From Macrostomum lignano (taxonomy: Eukaryota): 64,000 nucleotides of DNA. Of the stretch, positions 61,123 to 64,000 are shown one piece after another. The translations under genes and the position numbers were made by a program. The stretch lies in the NCBI GenBank assembly GCA_002269645.1, contig NIVC01000001.1, positions 310,001-374,000 on the forward strand. Reading direction: 5' to 3'. The first letter of the stretch is position 1. Each line of letters starts with the position of its first letter. Below the pieces are notes generated by a model, which was not told the DNA's origin, did not search any database, and worked only from the letters and a program-made list of their open reading frames with translations.

Positions 61123-61788
61123 TTCCAGCTGCCTCTGCTTGGCCTTCCCCGCCTCCAGCTCGGCATTCTGAGTGTCCAGCCTCTGATGCAGCTCGATCAG
61201 CCGGTTCTCCAGGCCGAAATTTTTATTACGCAGGTTGGCAACGTCCCGCGCCTCCGCCCGCAGCTGCAGCAGCTGGCGCTTGGCTCGGCGCCGCCGGAAG
61301 TGACTCTGCAGCAGGGTGATGCCGCGCAGCAGGCGCGCCACGCGCCTTCTCACCAGGTAGCCCCGGATGAGGCGCTGCAAATCCAGCACCATTTGTTCGG
61401 CGCGAAGCGCCAAAAATTTGCGCCTAGCGGCCAGACGGCGCCAAGCCGATTGCAGAGTGACGGCGGCGGCGCGCGCTCGTTGGAAGTTGCGCCTGGCGCG
61501 CACTCCGCGCCACCAAGTCTGCAGGCGGAGAGCGGCCCGGCCCCGACGCAGTGTAGCGGCGTGTCGTCGCGCAAGAACTCCGCGCGCCCGAGCCTGAGTG
61601 AGCAGCACGGCCAGGCGAATTCTGGAGTAGCGGCGCCGCTGCACCCAGCCTCGGTAGCGGCGCTGCACGGTGACACAGGCCCAGTGCAGGCGCTGGCTGC
61701 GCAGCCTCTCCATGTAGGCCACTTGCCCAGCTCGGAAAAATATGCGGGTCTTGCCGCACCGGTACTGTTGCGGGTCACGGATGCTCGC
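61123..61788 (-). CDS. Myo5: Myosin V exon: converter end, six IQ motifs, start of coiled coil
   Basis: YRCGKTRIFFRAGQVAYMERLR (class V signature); six IQ motifs; ANLRNKNFGLENRLIELHQRLD. Splice sites CCGCAG| and GAA|GTAAGC. Confidence 0.95.
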
Positions 61789-61802
61789 CTGCGGTGGGGC
61801 GG

Positions 61803-62165
61803 TGAGATTCTCTGATGGCTTCAGGAAGATTCTCTGTTGGCTTCAGGGAGATTCTCTGATGGCTTCAGGGAGATTCTCTGTTGGCTTTAGGGAGATTCTC
61901 TGTTGGCTTCAGGGAGATTCTCTGTTGGCTTCAGGGAGATTCTCTGTTGGCTTTAGGGAGATTCTCTGTTGGCTTTAGGGAGATTCTCTGTTGGCTTCAG
62001 GGAGATTCTCTGTTGGCTTTAGGGAGATTCTCTGTTGGCTTCAGGGAGATTCTCTATTAGTTTCAGAGAGATTCTCTAAGGGTTTCAGGGAGATTTTCTA
62101 TTAGTTTCAGGGAGATTACCTATTAGTTTCAGGGAAATTCTTTATTAGTTTCAGGGAGATTCTCT
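61803..62165. repeat. Minisatellite, 22-bp unit
   Basis: GAGATTCTCTGTTGGCTTCAGG. Confidence 0.93.
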
Positions 62166-62404
62166 ATTGAACGAATGTTTGCTTAATACAGAATAGTCTA
62201 CTTTTCATTTGTCATTAACCGTATCCCGGCAGTAGAAAAAATTGAAACTGAAATACTGAATAAAGCGACTGTCTTTGACAACCTAGGTTAAGGGGTTAAG
62301 ACTTTCTGATAAGAATTTGCACAGCTCACAAGCGTCGATAAAAATGAGCAGGGGGCACAGAAAGACAGCACTTTTGAAATTCTAACTTAATTAAAGTCAA
62401 ATTT

Positions 62405-63960
<1,556 letters not shown>

Positions 63961-63968
63961 AGCCTCAC

Positions 63969-64000
63969 CTCCAGAATGGCTACGCAGGCCGCCTTGAGCT
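63969..64000 (-). CDS. Myo5: Myosin V, partial exon (end of motor/converter region), truncated by the window edge
   Basis: LKAACVAILE|GTGAGG, phase 0, in frame with the next exon. Confidence 0.7.

Overview
Eukaryotic, intron-rich animal DNA. Distinct minisatellites fill almost every intron and the coding exons are GC-rich with Gln/Ala low-complexity tracts, which resembles the flatworm Macrostomum lignano (inference only). Six genes were reconstructed by hand from splice sites and reading phase. (1) A neurexin-like gene on the minus strand (ATG 21879; LNS1-EGF1-start of LNS2) that runs off the left edge and has a 17.6-kb third intron. (2) A single-exon secreted protein built of 41 Tyr/Ser heptads YSSY[R/Y]PS (32775-33818). 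(3) A two-exon Gln/Ser-rich orphan (minus, 34665-36124). (4) An RNF19-type RBR E3 ligase (39090-43207, with a possible extra terminal exon). (5) An unidentified multi-exon gene (48911-50759). (6) The 3' part of a myosin V (minus, 54099 to beyond 64000). Mobile elements are a TA-flanked Tc1/mariner-type MITE carrying a nested CORE-like tRNA-SINE, and four copies of a second SINE family. The most interesting signals are candidate signal-peptide exons inside the giant neurexin intron, one of which has no ATG but would be in frame with the AUG-terminated flatworm spliced leader, and the Tyr/Ser heptad secreted protein. Most long ORFs in the supplied track are translations of tandem repeats. All homology calls come from motif recognition, not database searches.
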